DNA of 26,900 nt. Origin: a virus (lineage: Duplodnaviria; Caudoviricetes). Each line of letters opens with the position of its first letter. The first letter of the stretch is position 1. A model generated the notes under the pieces. It ran no database searches. It saw only the letters and a program-made list of their open reading frames with translations, and was not told where the DNA came from. Location of the stretch: IMG/VR virus record IMGVR_UViG_3300043244_000127, positions 1 through 26,900 of that record. One strand, given 5' to 3'. The position numbers and the translations under genes were made by a program. This document shows positions 9,592 to 18,619 of the stretch, one piece after another.

Positions 9592-12194
9592 GATCCGCCC
9601 TTTCCAGTTTGCATGAGGCACAGCGCGGCCGCGCGCAGCGCATCGGCTTCCAGATCCCGGCGCGCCGGATCGCCGCCGGCGGCGCGCAACGCCTCGACCG
9701 TTTCAGGTTCCAGCAGGCCCTGCGCTTCGATGCCCTCGATCAACCCGTCGATCGCGTCGGCTTCGGCCTGCAGCCGCGTGAGTTCGGGATCGGAATGGCC
9801 GGCCAAGGTGCGGGCGACGCCGGTCGCGCGGGCTTCCGGGCGGGGGCCGGGCGCCGCCGCCTTCGGCTCCTCGATCAGCCGAACAGGATCTCCGCCGCCC
9901 GCTTGCGAAACGCCGCCGCCTCCTCCGACGTCTCCGCGCTCTCGGCCAACGACTGCATCATCGCGGCCAGCGGCGGGCGCGTCGCCGGGGGCCGGCGCGA
10001 CCCCCTCGTCGGCGACGGCGTCGGCGGCTCCTCGGGCGAGGCGGGAAAGATCGGCGCTTGTGACATTGGCAACGTCTCCGAAAAGGCCGGGCTCCGCGCT
10101 CGCCAGCATGGCTTGCTCGACGTATTTGTCCAGCGCCGCGCGGATCCGCGACGCGCTGATCTGGCGTTTCATGTCATCGCCGAAAAACGACCGCAAGAAG
10201 TCGAGCGTCACCGGGGACAGCTCGTCGAACATGTCGCGCGTCTCGACGATCTTCGCCACGCTCAAGCCCGCCGCGCGCGCGCGGCGCGCGATGTCGGCGG
10301 CCGCCGTCAAATGCAAGGTCGCATCGACGCTCGCGACGATTTCGCCCGCGCGCACCGCCGCGCGCATCCGCGCCCATCCGGGGGCCGCTTCCGCCAGCGC
10401 CAAGCCCAGGCCGCGCAGATTGGCGTCGGTCGCCTCGAACAGGTCCCGCACGATCCCCGCGTCGCCATAGGCCATCTGCACGACGGCCGCGCTCAAGCGC
10501 GCCTCGCCCTTCTGGCTCAACCGGCCGGTCTGCGCGTCGATCAGCTCGCCCAGATCTTCCGCGCTCGCGACCTTGCCCAGCGCGGCCCGGGCGAACGCGC
10601 TGTTTTCCACGCTCGTGACCGCCCCGCCCTTGTGCAGCGCCAGATCGTCCAGGCTCAGCCGGGCCGCGTCCAAGCGCGCGATCTCGACGGGATCCTGCGC
10701 CGCCGTCTGGCGGGCGTTGGCCGCCTTGGCAAAGGCGATGCGCGTCTCGGGATCGCGGCCGGCATCGGCGACGCGCACCAGCACGGGTTCCGTCATGCCC
10801 GCGACGGGATAGCCTTGGGCGACCAGCCAGTCGCGATAGGCCTTGGCGGGCGGCCCGTTTTCCACCAAGGCGCGCTGCAACGCCAGCACGCGGCCGTTGC
10901 CGCTCTCGACCAGTCCGTCATCGCCCACGATCGGCGCGCCCGTCTGGGCGTCGAACGTCTCGCCAAGCCGGCCGGGGTTGAGCTTGGCGGCCATGTCGGC
11001 GACTTGCAGGCGGCTCGTGATCTTGCCCCGGTCGCGCGGCTGCAAGGCTTCGGGATAATCGGGGTTCGCCATGCCGTCGGGCGTGTGGCTCGCCACGATG
11101 TCGTCGAGCTCCATCAGCGCGTAGCGAACGGGCAAGGTCGAATTGTCGGGCGCGACGGCTTCGGCGTCCTTCAAGCTCCGGAACGGCACGCGGCGGGTTT
11201 CGGCGTGACGGGCCAGCGCCTGCAGGCCTTCGCGTTCGGCCCGGTCGAACGTCGCCACGACGTCGATCGCCCGGCCTTCGGCCACGGCCTCGATCGCCTC
11301 GGCCATGGCCGTCGCGCGCGTCTCCACGCTCGCGACGGCCGCCCGGGCGGGCAGAGGGTCGAACGCGGGCGCTTCGGGGACTTCTTGCACGCGGGCCGCG
11401 AAGTCGGCCGGCAAACGCTCGGGCGCGACCGTCGCCAGGTCGATCAGATCCAAACCGTCCGCCCCGAAGGCCGGCTCGGGGGGAACGCCTTGCCCGACCG
11501 TCCCGCCGCGTTCGGTCAGGCCCAGAAACAAGGGCCGGAACACCGCGCCGGCCCCCGCCGAAACAAAGACGTTCATCAGACTGTCGGCGAACGTGTAGTC
11601 ATTGCCTTCGGCCCGATTGATCCCATAGACCAAGGGCTCGATCAAAGCCCCGCCGATCGCCCCTTCCGCGGCGCCCAGCCCGACCCGGGCGCCCAGGCGC
11701 GCCGCCCCGGACAGGCCTTGCTCCAGCGCATGGGCGCGCGCCATCCACGGGATCGGGGTGAACGACAGGGCGATGTTGGCCGGATCGGCAAGGCCGGCGG
11801 CCAAGCTCACGCCCAGCGTCGCGCCAAAGCCGAAGCCCGCCCGACGCATCGCATCTTCGGCCGCGATTTCGCGCTGGCGCACGCCGTGGAGTTCGCGCGC
11901 CGCCCGTTCGCTCATCGCATGCTTGAACGACAGCCGGCCCTCGATGCCATAGCGCTCGTTCAGCCGCGCGGCCTCTTCCCGATCGCTCTTGCGGTCGATC
12001 CACCACGGCCGCACCGGGTCGAGGAAATCGCGGCGCAACCCGCGCGCCAATTGCGCGCCGAGGCCGCTGTCGCCCAGCTGGCTTTGGAAAAAACGACCGA
12101 GCGCATAGGTCGGGGTCGGCGCGCGGTCCCGCCAGCCTTCGGCCGCATATTCGGCATCGTCGGTCGGATCGCTCGTGCCCAGCCACTGCCCCAT
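9588..12194 (-). CDS. Internal virion protein with an inserted DdrB-like ParB domain, 868 aa
   Basis: AAGGA RBS before the ATG at 12194. Gly/Ala hydrophobic N-terminal region (LADPANIAL..GAAEGAIGGAL). About 11140-10710 reads VRYALMELDDIVASH..NPDYPEALQPRDR..GAPIVGDDGLVESGNGRVLAL, the ddrB-ParB signature. Confidence 0.85.
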   Translation of the reverse strand: MGQWLGTSDPTDDAEYAAEGWRDRAPTPTYALGRFFQSQLGDSGLGAQLARGLRRDFLDPVRPWWIDRKSDREEAARLNERYGIEGRLSFKHAMSERAARELHGVRQREIAAEDAMRRAGFGFGATLGVSLAAGLADPANIALSFTPIPWMARAHALEQGLSGAARLGARVGLGAAEGAIGGALIEPLVYGINRAEGNDYTFADSLMNVFVSAGAGAVFRPLFLGLTERGGTVGQGVPPEPAFGADGLDLIDLATVAPERLPADFAARVQEVPEAPAFDPLPARAAVASVETRATAMAEAIEAVAEGRAIDVVATFDRAEREGLQALARHAETRRVPFRSLKDAEAVAPDNSTLPVRYALMELDDIVASHTPDGMANPDYPEALQPRDRGKITSRLQVADMAAKLNPGRLGETFDAQTGAPIVGDDGLVESGNGRVLALQRALVENGPPAKAYRDWLVAQGYPVAGMTEPVLVRVADAGRDPETRIAFAKAANARQTAAQDPVEIARLDAARLSLDDLALHKGGAVTSVENSAFARAALGKVASAEDLGELIDAQTGRLSQKGEARLSAAVVQMAYGDAGIVRDLFEATDANLRGLGLALAEAAPGWARMRAAVRAGEIVASVDATLHLTAAADIARRARAAGLSVAKIVETRDMFDELSPVTLDFLRSFFGDDMKRQISASRIRAALDKYVEQAMLASAEPGLFGDVANVTSADLSRLARGAADAVADEGVAPAPGDAPAAGRDDAVVGRERGDVGGGGGVSQAGGGDPVRLIEEPKAAAPGPRPEARATGVARTLAGHSDPELTRLQAEADAIDGLIEGIEAQGLLEPETVEALRAAGGDPARRDLEADALRAAALCLMQTGKGGS
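9875..10066 (-). CDS. Candidate overprinted small gene (+1 frame) nested in the DdrB-ParB protein, 63 aa
   Basis: GGAGA-8 nt-ATG. 59/63 codons end in G/C, versus 43/64 in the host frame over the same stretch. The C-terminal half looks like an amphipathic helix (LAAMMQSLAESAETSEEAAAFRKRAAEILFG). Confidence 0.55.
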   Translation of the reverse strand: MSQAPIFPASPEEPPTPSPTRGSRRPPATRPPLAAMMQSLAESAETSEEAAAFRKRAAEILFG

Positions 12195-12204
12195 GACAAT
12201 CCTT

Positions 12205-14430
12205 TCATCGCGCCGGCGTGGTCGCCGAAACCGGGCCGAGGCGCAGTTCATTCCACGTGCGGCGAACCGGCCGGCCTTGGGCGTCGATCACGGGGCGATT
12301 GTTGCGGTCGACCAGCATCAGCCCGCTGTCATCGGCCAGATTGATCCAGCGCGAATTTGCGCGCAGTTCCGAGGCATAGGCCCTTTGCCGTTCGCGCGGC
12401 GGCAGGCCGGGCGGGCCGCCGCGCGGGGCCAGCATCGCAGGGTCGGACAGAAGCCGCTCGCGCGCCAGCGCCGCCGACGTGCTCGCCACCATCGGGCGCA
12501 CGGTCAGCGGGAAGCGCAAGCCGTCGCGCAGCTGATGATCGCCCGTGAACATGGCGCCCACTTCCTCGACCGCGTCCTTGCGGGCCATGCCGTCGGCTTC
12601 CAGCGTCGCGACCAGTTTTTCCCCCGCGCCCAGAATGGCGTCGATCGCCCCGCGCGCGCCGCCGCCGGCGCGATGGGTCGCGGCCAGAGGGGCCAGCCGG
12701 GCGGTCAGTTCGGCGCGGATCGCGCGCTTGTCCTTGGTCGCCGGCGCCGCGGGCAGGGGGGCGAACAGCAGTTCGGCCGCGCGCGCTTGGGCGCCCGACG
12801 TGACGGCCGCCAATCCCGTCAGCTCCCGCGCGCCGCCGGCGTCGGCGATGTCGGCGAGGGCGAGCGACGTGCCGGCCGGCCCATAGGTCTGGCGCAGGCG
12901 CTGCAGCGTCTCCACCGCCGTGCGCGCGCCCCGCTCGCCGGACGTGGGTTTGAGGCGCTGGGCCAGCTCCAGGGCGTCCGCGCGCGAGAGGACGCGCGGG
13001 CGGCCGTCGGGCGCGCCGCCGTAATTGCGCTGCAGATGCCGCAGGACCGCCTGTTCGGCTTCGGCCCGGGGTCGGCCGCGAAACGTCGGGGTGCGCATGG
13101 TGCCCTCGACCGCTTCGCGAAACAGGTCCGTCGACCGCCAATGACCGACCGGATCGGTCGCCCGGGCCGTCGCCAGCGCTTCGGCCTTCGCTTGCGCGCC
13201 CCGGAAGATTTCCAGCGCGCTCGCATAATTGGCTTGGCCCGCCTTCGGTCGAAGGGCCGCGACGCGCTCGGCCATTTGCCGACCGGTCAGGCGTTCGAAC
13301 CCGACCGTCGCGGCATAGGTCCGCGTGGCCGCCCCCAGCGCCAGCTCGAAGCGGCTGGCGGCTTCCGGTCCCAGAACCTCGCGCACGGTCGCAAGGCTCG
13401 GACCGTTGCTGGCGGCCCGGCCCGACAGGCTGAGGCTCATCAGCGTGTCTTGCATGCCGGCCTCGACGCCCGGGCTGCGAATGGCGCGGTCGAGCGCCTG
13501 CATCTCCTTGGCGTGACGCGCCGCCTCGTTGCGACGGGCTTCGCGGATGGCGGCCGCCCGTTCGGCGGCGATCACGCGCTCGCGCCGATCCTGTTCGGCC
13601 TGCCGGGCGCGGGCTTGGGCCTCCCGGGCGAGCTCCTCCAGGCGGGCGTCGGCCTGATCGATCACCCGGTCCAATTGCTCGGGTCGCAGGAGCCCGTTGA
13701 AAGCGCCGGCCTGCACGTCGCGTTTGACGCCGGTCGGATTGGTCTGCACCCGCGCTTCCAGCGCCGCCGCCGTCACTTGGGCGCGATAGGCCGGGCGCAG
13801 GGCGTTCTTGGCGGCATCCGGCACGGCCATGGCGTCGATCAACGCGTCGACCTTGGCCAGGCTGTCGCTCATCTTGCCCGGCGCGATCCGCGTCTCGTTC
13901 ACGATGCTGTCGAGCGTGCCTTCGGCCGCTTGCGTCTGGGCGGCGACGCGCGCCTGCGTGACGGTCGACCGATGCTGCGCCAGCGCGCTCGCCCGCGCCT
14001 GCTTCAGATCGAGCTCCAGACGCGTGCGCAGATGTTCGGGCGCGGCCGCGACCGCTTGGGCGATGTCGCGATCCAGATCGGCCGCGAACGCCTCCAGATA
14101 GCCCCCGGCGGCGGCCGCCCCGCTTTCCACGTCGCCGACGAAACGCGCCGTCGCGGCCTCTGAAAATTTCTGGGCGCGGCCGAAGAGATCCAGCGTGTCG
14201 GCTTCGCGCTGGGCTAGCTTGGCTTCGACTTCGGCGTCGCGCTTCATTTGGCGCGCGTCGGCGTCCGCCATGGCGCGCTCGCGCGCGGCTTCGGCCTGCA
14301 TGCCGCTCGCCACGCCGCCGAGCGTCTGACCCAACCGCCCGAAACCCAGATCGGTGACGGGCGCCAGGCGCGGAGACGGCGCGGCGCGGGGCGCGCGGGC
14401 CGCGAAACTGTCGGGGATCCGCACGGCCAT
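12205..14430 (-). CDS. Internal virion protein (T7 gp15-position analogue), 741 aa
   Basis: GGAGG RBS, TGATG overlap, MAVRIP start, alanine-rich helical/coiled-coil sequence, position in the ejection cluster. Confidence 0.75.
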   Translation of the reverse strand: MAVRIPDSFAARAPRAAPSPRLAPVTDLGFGRLGQTLGGVASGMQAEAARERAMADADARQMKRDAEVEAKLAQREADTLDLFGRAQKFSEAATARFVGDVESGAAAAGGYLEAFAADLDRDIAQAVAAAPEHLRTRLELDLKQARASALAQHRSTVTQARVAAQTQAAEGTLDSIVNETRIAPGKMSDSLAKVDALIDAMAVPDAAKNALRPAYRAQVTAAALEARVQTNPTGVKRDVQAGAFNGLLRPEQLDRVIDQADARLEELAREAQARARQAEQDRRERVIAAERAAAIREARRNEAARHAKEMQALDRAIRSPGVEAGMQDTLMSLSLSGRAASNGPSLATVREVLGPEAASRFELALGAATRTYAATVGFERLTGRQMAERVAALRPKAGQANYASALEIFRGAQAKAEALATARATDPVGHWRSTDLFREAVEGTMRTPTFRGRPRAEAEQAVLRHLQRNYGGAPDGRPRVLSRADALELAQRLKPTSGERGARTAVETLQRLRQTYGPAGTSLALADIADAGGARELTGLAAVTSGAQARAAELLFAPLPAAPATKDKRAIRAELTARLAPLAATHRAGGGARGAIDAILGAGEKLVATLEADGMARKDAVEEVGAMFTGDHQLRDGLRFPLTVRPMVASTSAALARERLLSDPAMLAPRGGPPGLPPRERQRAYASELRANSRWINLADDSGLMLVDRNNRPVIDAQGRPVRRTWNELRLGPVSATTPAR

Positions 14431-14981
14431 CAGCCACCTCCCAATCGGATCGGATTGGCGCGCGTGGTCAGGCTCACGCGCGGCGCCGGCGCCATGGGGC
14501 CGGGGATCCGCGCGCGCGCCTTGGCGCCCCAAGCTTCGACCCGCGCGGCCTTGAAGGACTGCGCGCCGGCGACGGCCTGTCCGCCGGCCTCCAACAGCGA
14601 GCCGAAAAGCTCGGCCTTGCCGGCCGCGCGGATCTGGCGCGCCTCGACCATGGCCGCGTCGCGGGCCGCCTCGCCCTCGTAAATCGCCGTGCGGGCGGTC
14701 GCCGACCGTTCGGCGGCGAGGCGCGCGAAGATTTCCGACGGGGACCCCGACAGATCAAAGCCCGAGGCGCCCGCCGCCGCCCGGGCCTGCCCGATCACGC
14801 GCTCGCCTTCGATCAGCGCGATGTCTTGTTCGACTTGGCCGCGCGCGCGGGCCGCTTCGCCTTCGCGTTCGGCGAGCGCGGCTTGCGTCCGGCTCGTGTT
14901 GTAGGCCGAAACCCCGCGCACGACGGATCCGGCGACCTGCGCGGCAGAGGCCGCCAGCGCCATGAGTTCGATCCCGCTCAT
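14430..14981 (-). CDS. Small internal virion protein (T7 gp14-like), 183 aa
   Basis: MSGIELMALAASAAQVAGS N-terminus and IGQARAAAGASGFDLSGSP motif. ATGA overlap with the upstream gene. Confidence 0.8.
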   Translation of the reverse strand: MSGIELMALAASAAQVAGSVVRGVSAYNTSRTQAALAEREGEAARARGQVEQDIALIEGERVIGQARAAAGASGFDLSGSPSEIFARLAAERSATARTAIYEGEAARDAAMVEARQIRAAGKAELFGSLLEAGGQAVAGAQSFKAARVEAWGAKARARIPGPMAPAPRVSLTTRANPIRLGGG

Positions 14982-15415
14982 GTGACGCCCTCGTGGATCC
15001 AGATCGAATAGCCGGCCGGGGCTTGCGGGTCGCCGACGATCCGGCGAAAGCCCATGCGACGCGCCGCGGTCTCCCCCGCCTCGAACCCGCGCCGCACCGT
15101 GATCCGCACCGGCTCGCGCACGTCGGCGAGCATGTGGCGCGCAAACCGCACCGCGATCGCGACCGCCGCCTTGGGCGCGCCTTCGGCGACCAAGGCCCAG
15201 CCCCAAAGGCCGCGGTCGGCCAGGCGGCCGAGCCCGCCGACGACGAGCGGCGGGGCGGCGACCTTTTCCTCCGTGATCGTCCAACCCGTCTCGTTGATCA
15301 GCGCGGCCGCCTCGGAAATGGCCATGGCGGCGGGTCGCTCGTCCGCCTGCTCGGCGCGCGGCGTGATCGCCAGCACGTCTTCGACGCGCGCGGGGCGGAT
15401 GCGCCATTCAGTCAT
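14978..15415 (-). CDS. GNAT-fold protein at the T7 gp13 position, 145 aa
   Basis: IRPARVEDV N-terminus and ARRMGFRR C-terminal motif. Located between the nozzle and the internal proteins. Confidence 0.7.
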   Translation of the reverse strand: MTEWRIRPARVEDVLAITPRAEQADERPAAMAISEAAALINETGWTITEEKVAAPPLVVGGLGRLADRGLWGWALVAEGAPKAAVAIAVRFARHMLADVREPVRITVRRGFEAGETAARRMGFRRIVGDPQAPAGYSIWIHEGVT

Positions 15416-17891
15416 GGACCGTCACCCGCACGGCCGCGCCGGCCAGTTCGCACGGCCAAGGCCCCGGCGCCTCAAGCTCGACGTCGGTCGGGTCCGACCA
15501 GCCCCCGGGAAACACGATCGTCTGAAAGACCGTCCCCGGCGTCGGCGGCGCGCTCATGGCCGCATCGCGGCGGCGACCGAAAAGCGGGTCTTTCCGGCCC
15601 TCCGACGGTCCCGCCGACAATTGCACCGCGTCGTGCACCAGCACGGTCAGCCGATCGGGGCGCGCCAATCCACCGAAGGCCGTGCCGATGTCCGATCCCG
15701 CGTCAAGCGGCATGAGGCGCAGGCGCGCGCCGAACGGGGCGCCAAGGAAGCCCCGGCATGTGGGTCGCGGCGCGTCCCAGGCGCCCGCCGCGTCCGGCGT
15801 CACCTCGCCCAAATCTTCCCCGTCGCCGAACATGGCCGCCGGGCGCGAGGCCCAGAGGCTCGCTCCCGTCAGCCGCGTCAAGCTCAAGGCATGTCCGACC
15901 AGCGGCGCGCCGATGAAAGCCGGCGGCGCGTCGACCAGCGCGGTCACGCTCGCCGCGCGGGGGCCGCTCACGGCGTCGATTTTCAGGCGCACCGGCCCCT
16001 CGGTCCGCACGATCGACCCGTCGATCAGATCGCGGCGCAGCCACACTTCCCGGCCGACGTCGCCGGCGACGAACCGGTCGTGATTGGTCGCGACCGCGCC
16101 CGTCGCGCCGCGCGGCAACGCGCCCCCGGCCGCGACCGCCCCGGTCAGCGTGGCCGTGCGCGCCGGATCGGCGTTCCACTGATCCCAGAAATAGGCGCCG
16201 TCGTGGGGCACGCGCAGATCGCGCGGCGTCAAGGGATCGATCAGCCCGGGCAGATGCTCGATCGTGCGGCGGCCGTCACGGGCGACCGCCAGCCACAATT
16301 CCTCGCGCCCGTCCGGGCGGGGCAGGACGGCGATGCTTTCGACGATCGCGCCGCCGCCCAGGGGAAGGCGCCACCAGCCCGCGACTTCTTGGGCGGACGC
16401 ATAGGCCATGCCGAAAAGTTCGCCGCGCGCGTTCAAGGCGAAAAGCGTGGGCTCGGGATCTTCGACGAGCGCCAAGGCGACGAAGGGCGCGCGCCGGCCC
16501 AGATGCTCGGCCAGCACCGTCACGTCGCGCGCCCGGCCGTCGCCGGCGACGTCGCCCCACGGCAAGGCCAGAACCCGCCGGCCCGACCAGCTCACATAGA
16601 GGATTTCGTCGGCGCCCCGCACCGGGCTCACCCACGGGCTCGCGCCGAAGCCCGGGCGGCTGATCGCGGCCGCGCCCGCCGGCGTGATCGGTTCGCGGTC
16701 GGACGGTCCGCTCACCACTTCGACCGTGCGCGGGGTGAAGCAATAAAGCGCGCCCGCGCTCACCAGGTGCAGGATCGGCCGCACCTGTCCGCCGGTCAAA
16801 GTGCGCTTCACCGCGTCGCTGTCCACGACAAGCCCCGTGCCAAGCCCGGGCTTGAAGTCGGCTTGGCCGGGGCCATAGCCGGCGGTCGCGCTCGCGTGCA
16901 GCGTGTCGGGTTCGGCGCGCGTCTGGCCCAGAAACAGCCGTTCCTGATGGATGGTCGCGGCCGCCGGCCAGCCATTGGCCGCGCTGAAGGCGCCTTCCTC
17001 CCAGAAGGTCGTGGCGGCCGTGCTCGGCAAGGTCGAAAGAACCGTCGCTTGCGCGCTCGTGGCGCTCACATGACCGGTGATCAGCGCGACGCCCGCGCCG
17101 TCATGCACGAAGGCCCATGTGACCGCGCCGTCCGACACCGCGCCTTCCCAATGGATCGGCGGGGTCGTGCCGGTCGTTCCCGCCGCCGTCGCCTCATAGA
17201 CCCGCCCGCCATTTTGGCGACGCTCGCCCGCGACGACGGCGGTCTTCTGCTCCCATCGGTTCGCCGCCGGGTTGCCGACGTTCTCGCGCAACCGGTAGAT
17301 CGCGCCGACCTTGGCGGGGCTGAACACCGGCGCGCTCGCCGTCAGAACGATCGCGCCCGTCGTCCCCGAGGCCGCCAGCGTCACGCCCGGATCCGACAGC
17401 GGCAGGAAGGGCCCATTGCGAACCTCCAGCGGCGCGAGCGTCCAGTCGGCGTCGGCGTCCCGGCGCAGGGTCATGACCGGCGCCGCACAATCCCGGCGCG
17501 TGACGAACACGACGTCGGCGGCCTGCGTGAAGGCCAGCGCCGGCAGATCGGCTTCGGCCCAAGGCGTCGCCAGCTCGTAGATCGCCCCGCCCGGCGCCGT
17601 CGCCAGCGTGCGATCGGCCCGCCAGACGCGCATCTTGAGCGCGCTCAGCTCCAGCATCAAAGCGTCCGTCGCGCTTTTGACAAACGCGACCAGCAAGGCT
17701 TTGCCGTCGCCCGGCGTGCGACCGGCGACCAGCGTGCCCGACCGCTTGGCCACGCCGCCTTGCGTCAAGATCTGAAAGTTTTCGTTGCGCCGGACCGCGC
17801 TGAAAAAGCGCTGCAGATCGCTCCGCGTCAGCAGCCGCTCGGAGAATTCGCCCGCGGTGAAATTGCTTTGCAGGATGCGCGCCCGCCCCAT
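15408..17891 (-). CDS. Tail tubular protein B / nozzle (T7 gp12-like), 827 aa
   Basis: QSNFTAGEFSERL..RSDL, GGVAKRSGT, FTQAADV, GWPAAATIHQERLF, QEVAGWWR. The ATG at 17891 overlaps the upstream TGA. Confidence 0.9.
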   Translation of the reverse strand: MGRARILQSNFTAGEFSERLLTRSDLQRFFSAVRRNENFQILTQGGVAKRSGTLVAGRTPGDGKALLVAFVKSATDALMLELSALKMRVWRADRTLATAPGGAIYELATPWAEADLPALAFTQAADVVFVTRRDCAAPVMTLRRDADADWTLAPLEVRNGPFLPLSDPGVTLAASGTTGAIVLTASAPVFSPAKVGAIYRLRENVGNPAANRWEQKTAVVAGERRQNGGRVYEATAAGTTGTTPPIHWEGAVSDGAVTWAFVHDGAGVALITGHVSATSAQATVLSTLPSTAATTFWEEGAFSAANGWPAAATIHQERLFLGQTRAEPDTLHASATAGYGPGQADFKPGLGTGLVVDSDAVKRTLTGGQVRPILHLVSAGALYCFTPRTVEVVSGPSDREPITPAGAAAISRPGFGASPWVSPVRGADEILYVSWSGRRVLALPWGDVAGDGRARDVTVLAEHLGRRAPFVALALVEDPEPTLFALNARGELFGMAYASAQEVAGWWRLPLGGGAIVESIAVLPRPDGREELWLAVARDGRRTIEHLPGLIDPLTPRDLRVPHDGAYFWDQWNADPARTATLTGAVAAGGALPRGATGAVATNHDRFVAGDVGREVWLRRDLIDGSIVRTEGPVRLKIDAVSGPRAASVTALVDAPPAFIGAPLVGHALSLTRLTGASLWASRPAAMFGDGEDLGEVTPDAAGAWDAPRPTCRGFLGAPFGARLRLMPLDAGSDIGTAFGGLARPDRLTVLVHDAVQLSAGPSEGRKDPLFGRRRDAAMSAPPTPGTVFQTIVFPGGWSDPTDVELEAPGPWPCELAGAAVRVTVHD

Positions 17892-18508
17892 CAGCCGCGC
17901 CCCCACATGCGATCGGCCCAGCTGGGCGCGACGTCGAGATCCGCCGAGCGTTCGAACACGGTCGCCGCGACGGCCCGATCGAACGCCTGTTGCGCTTGGG
18001 CCTCGATTTCACGCGCGCGGCCGTCGCTCTCGGTGATGGTGCGCGCGACGCGCTGGGCCAGGCGCGCCGCGATCGCCGCGCGCAACAGCGGATCCAGCCG
18101 GTCCAGCGGGGGCAGGCGGGCATAGATCAGCCAGCCGGGTTCGAAGTCGGCCAGCAAGACGCGGCGGCCGCTGCGGCCGTCGATCTCGACCGTGTGCCGG
18201 CCGGCGATCGCGGGCTGGACATCGGCGAAGTCCAGCAGGCGCAGATAATCATCGGGCAGGGGATGGCGGGCCGTGAAGGGCGGGGGCACCGGTGCGGCCG
18301 GGTCGGGCGCTTCGGCGACCAGCAGCACGCGCGCGCGGCACGACGGCCAATCGAATTCTTGGGCGACCTCTTCGGCCGTCTGGGTCAGATGGGCGCGCAG
18401 GACCCGCGTCAACCGGCTTTCATCGGCGCCGGGATCGGCCACCGGCTCTTGGCTCAAGAGCGCCGCCGCGACGTCGAAGATGATGTGTTCGGCCGATCGG
18501 GTGCTCAT
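17891..18508 (-). CDS. Tail tubular protein A / adaptor (T7 gp11-like), 205 aa
   Basis: FDWPSC, LPDDYLRL and DPLLRAAIAARLA motifs. Immediately upstream of the nozzle gene. Confidence 0.85.
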   Translation of the reverse strand: MSTRSAEHIIFDVAAALLSQEPVADPGADESRLTRVLRAHLTQTAEEVAQEFDWPSCRARVLLVAEAPDPAAPVPPPFTARHPLPDDYLRLLDFADVQPAIAGRHTVEIDGRSGRRVLLADFEPGWLIYARLPPLDRLDPLLRAAIAARLAQRVARTITESDGRAREIEAQAQQAFDRAVAATVFERSADLDVAPSWADRMWGRG

Positions 18509-18524
18509 GGGGCGACCTCATGCG

Positions 18525-18565
18525 AGAAGAAAGACGCGGCCGCTCCCCGCCCAGGAAGCGGCCGC
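18525..18565 (-). terminator. Putative intrinsic terminator after the head genes
   Basis: On the minus strand, GCGGCCGCTTCC-TGGGCGG-GGAGCGGCCGC hairpin followed by GTCTTTCTTCT. Position is analogous to T7 T-phi. Confidence 0.6.
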
Positions 18566-18619
18566 AGGCCGGATGCGCGAAGGACATTCCATCGGAATGT
18601 CGGGGTCCGGCCTATCCGT

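Noticed and set aside
10078-10240. Beta-clamp-binding-like peptides (TRDMF, EPGLF) after the ParB module
   Set aside because: They lack the conserved Gln of QL[S/D]LF and are too short to support, and the second abuts the nested gene's RBS.
4577-14437. Long alternative-frame minus-strand ORFs (4577-7246, 7268-8308, 12329-14437)
   Set aside because: Arg-rich off-frame translations expected at about 70% GC. Unlike 9875-10066, I saw no accompanying loss of codon bias in the host frame.
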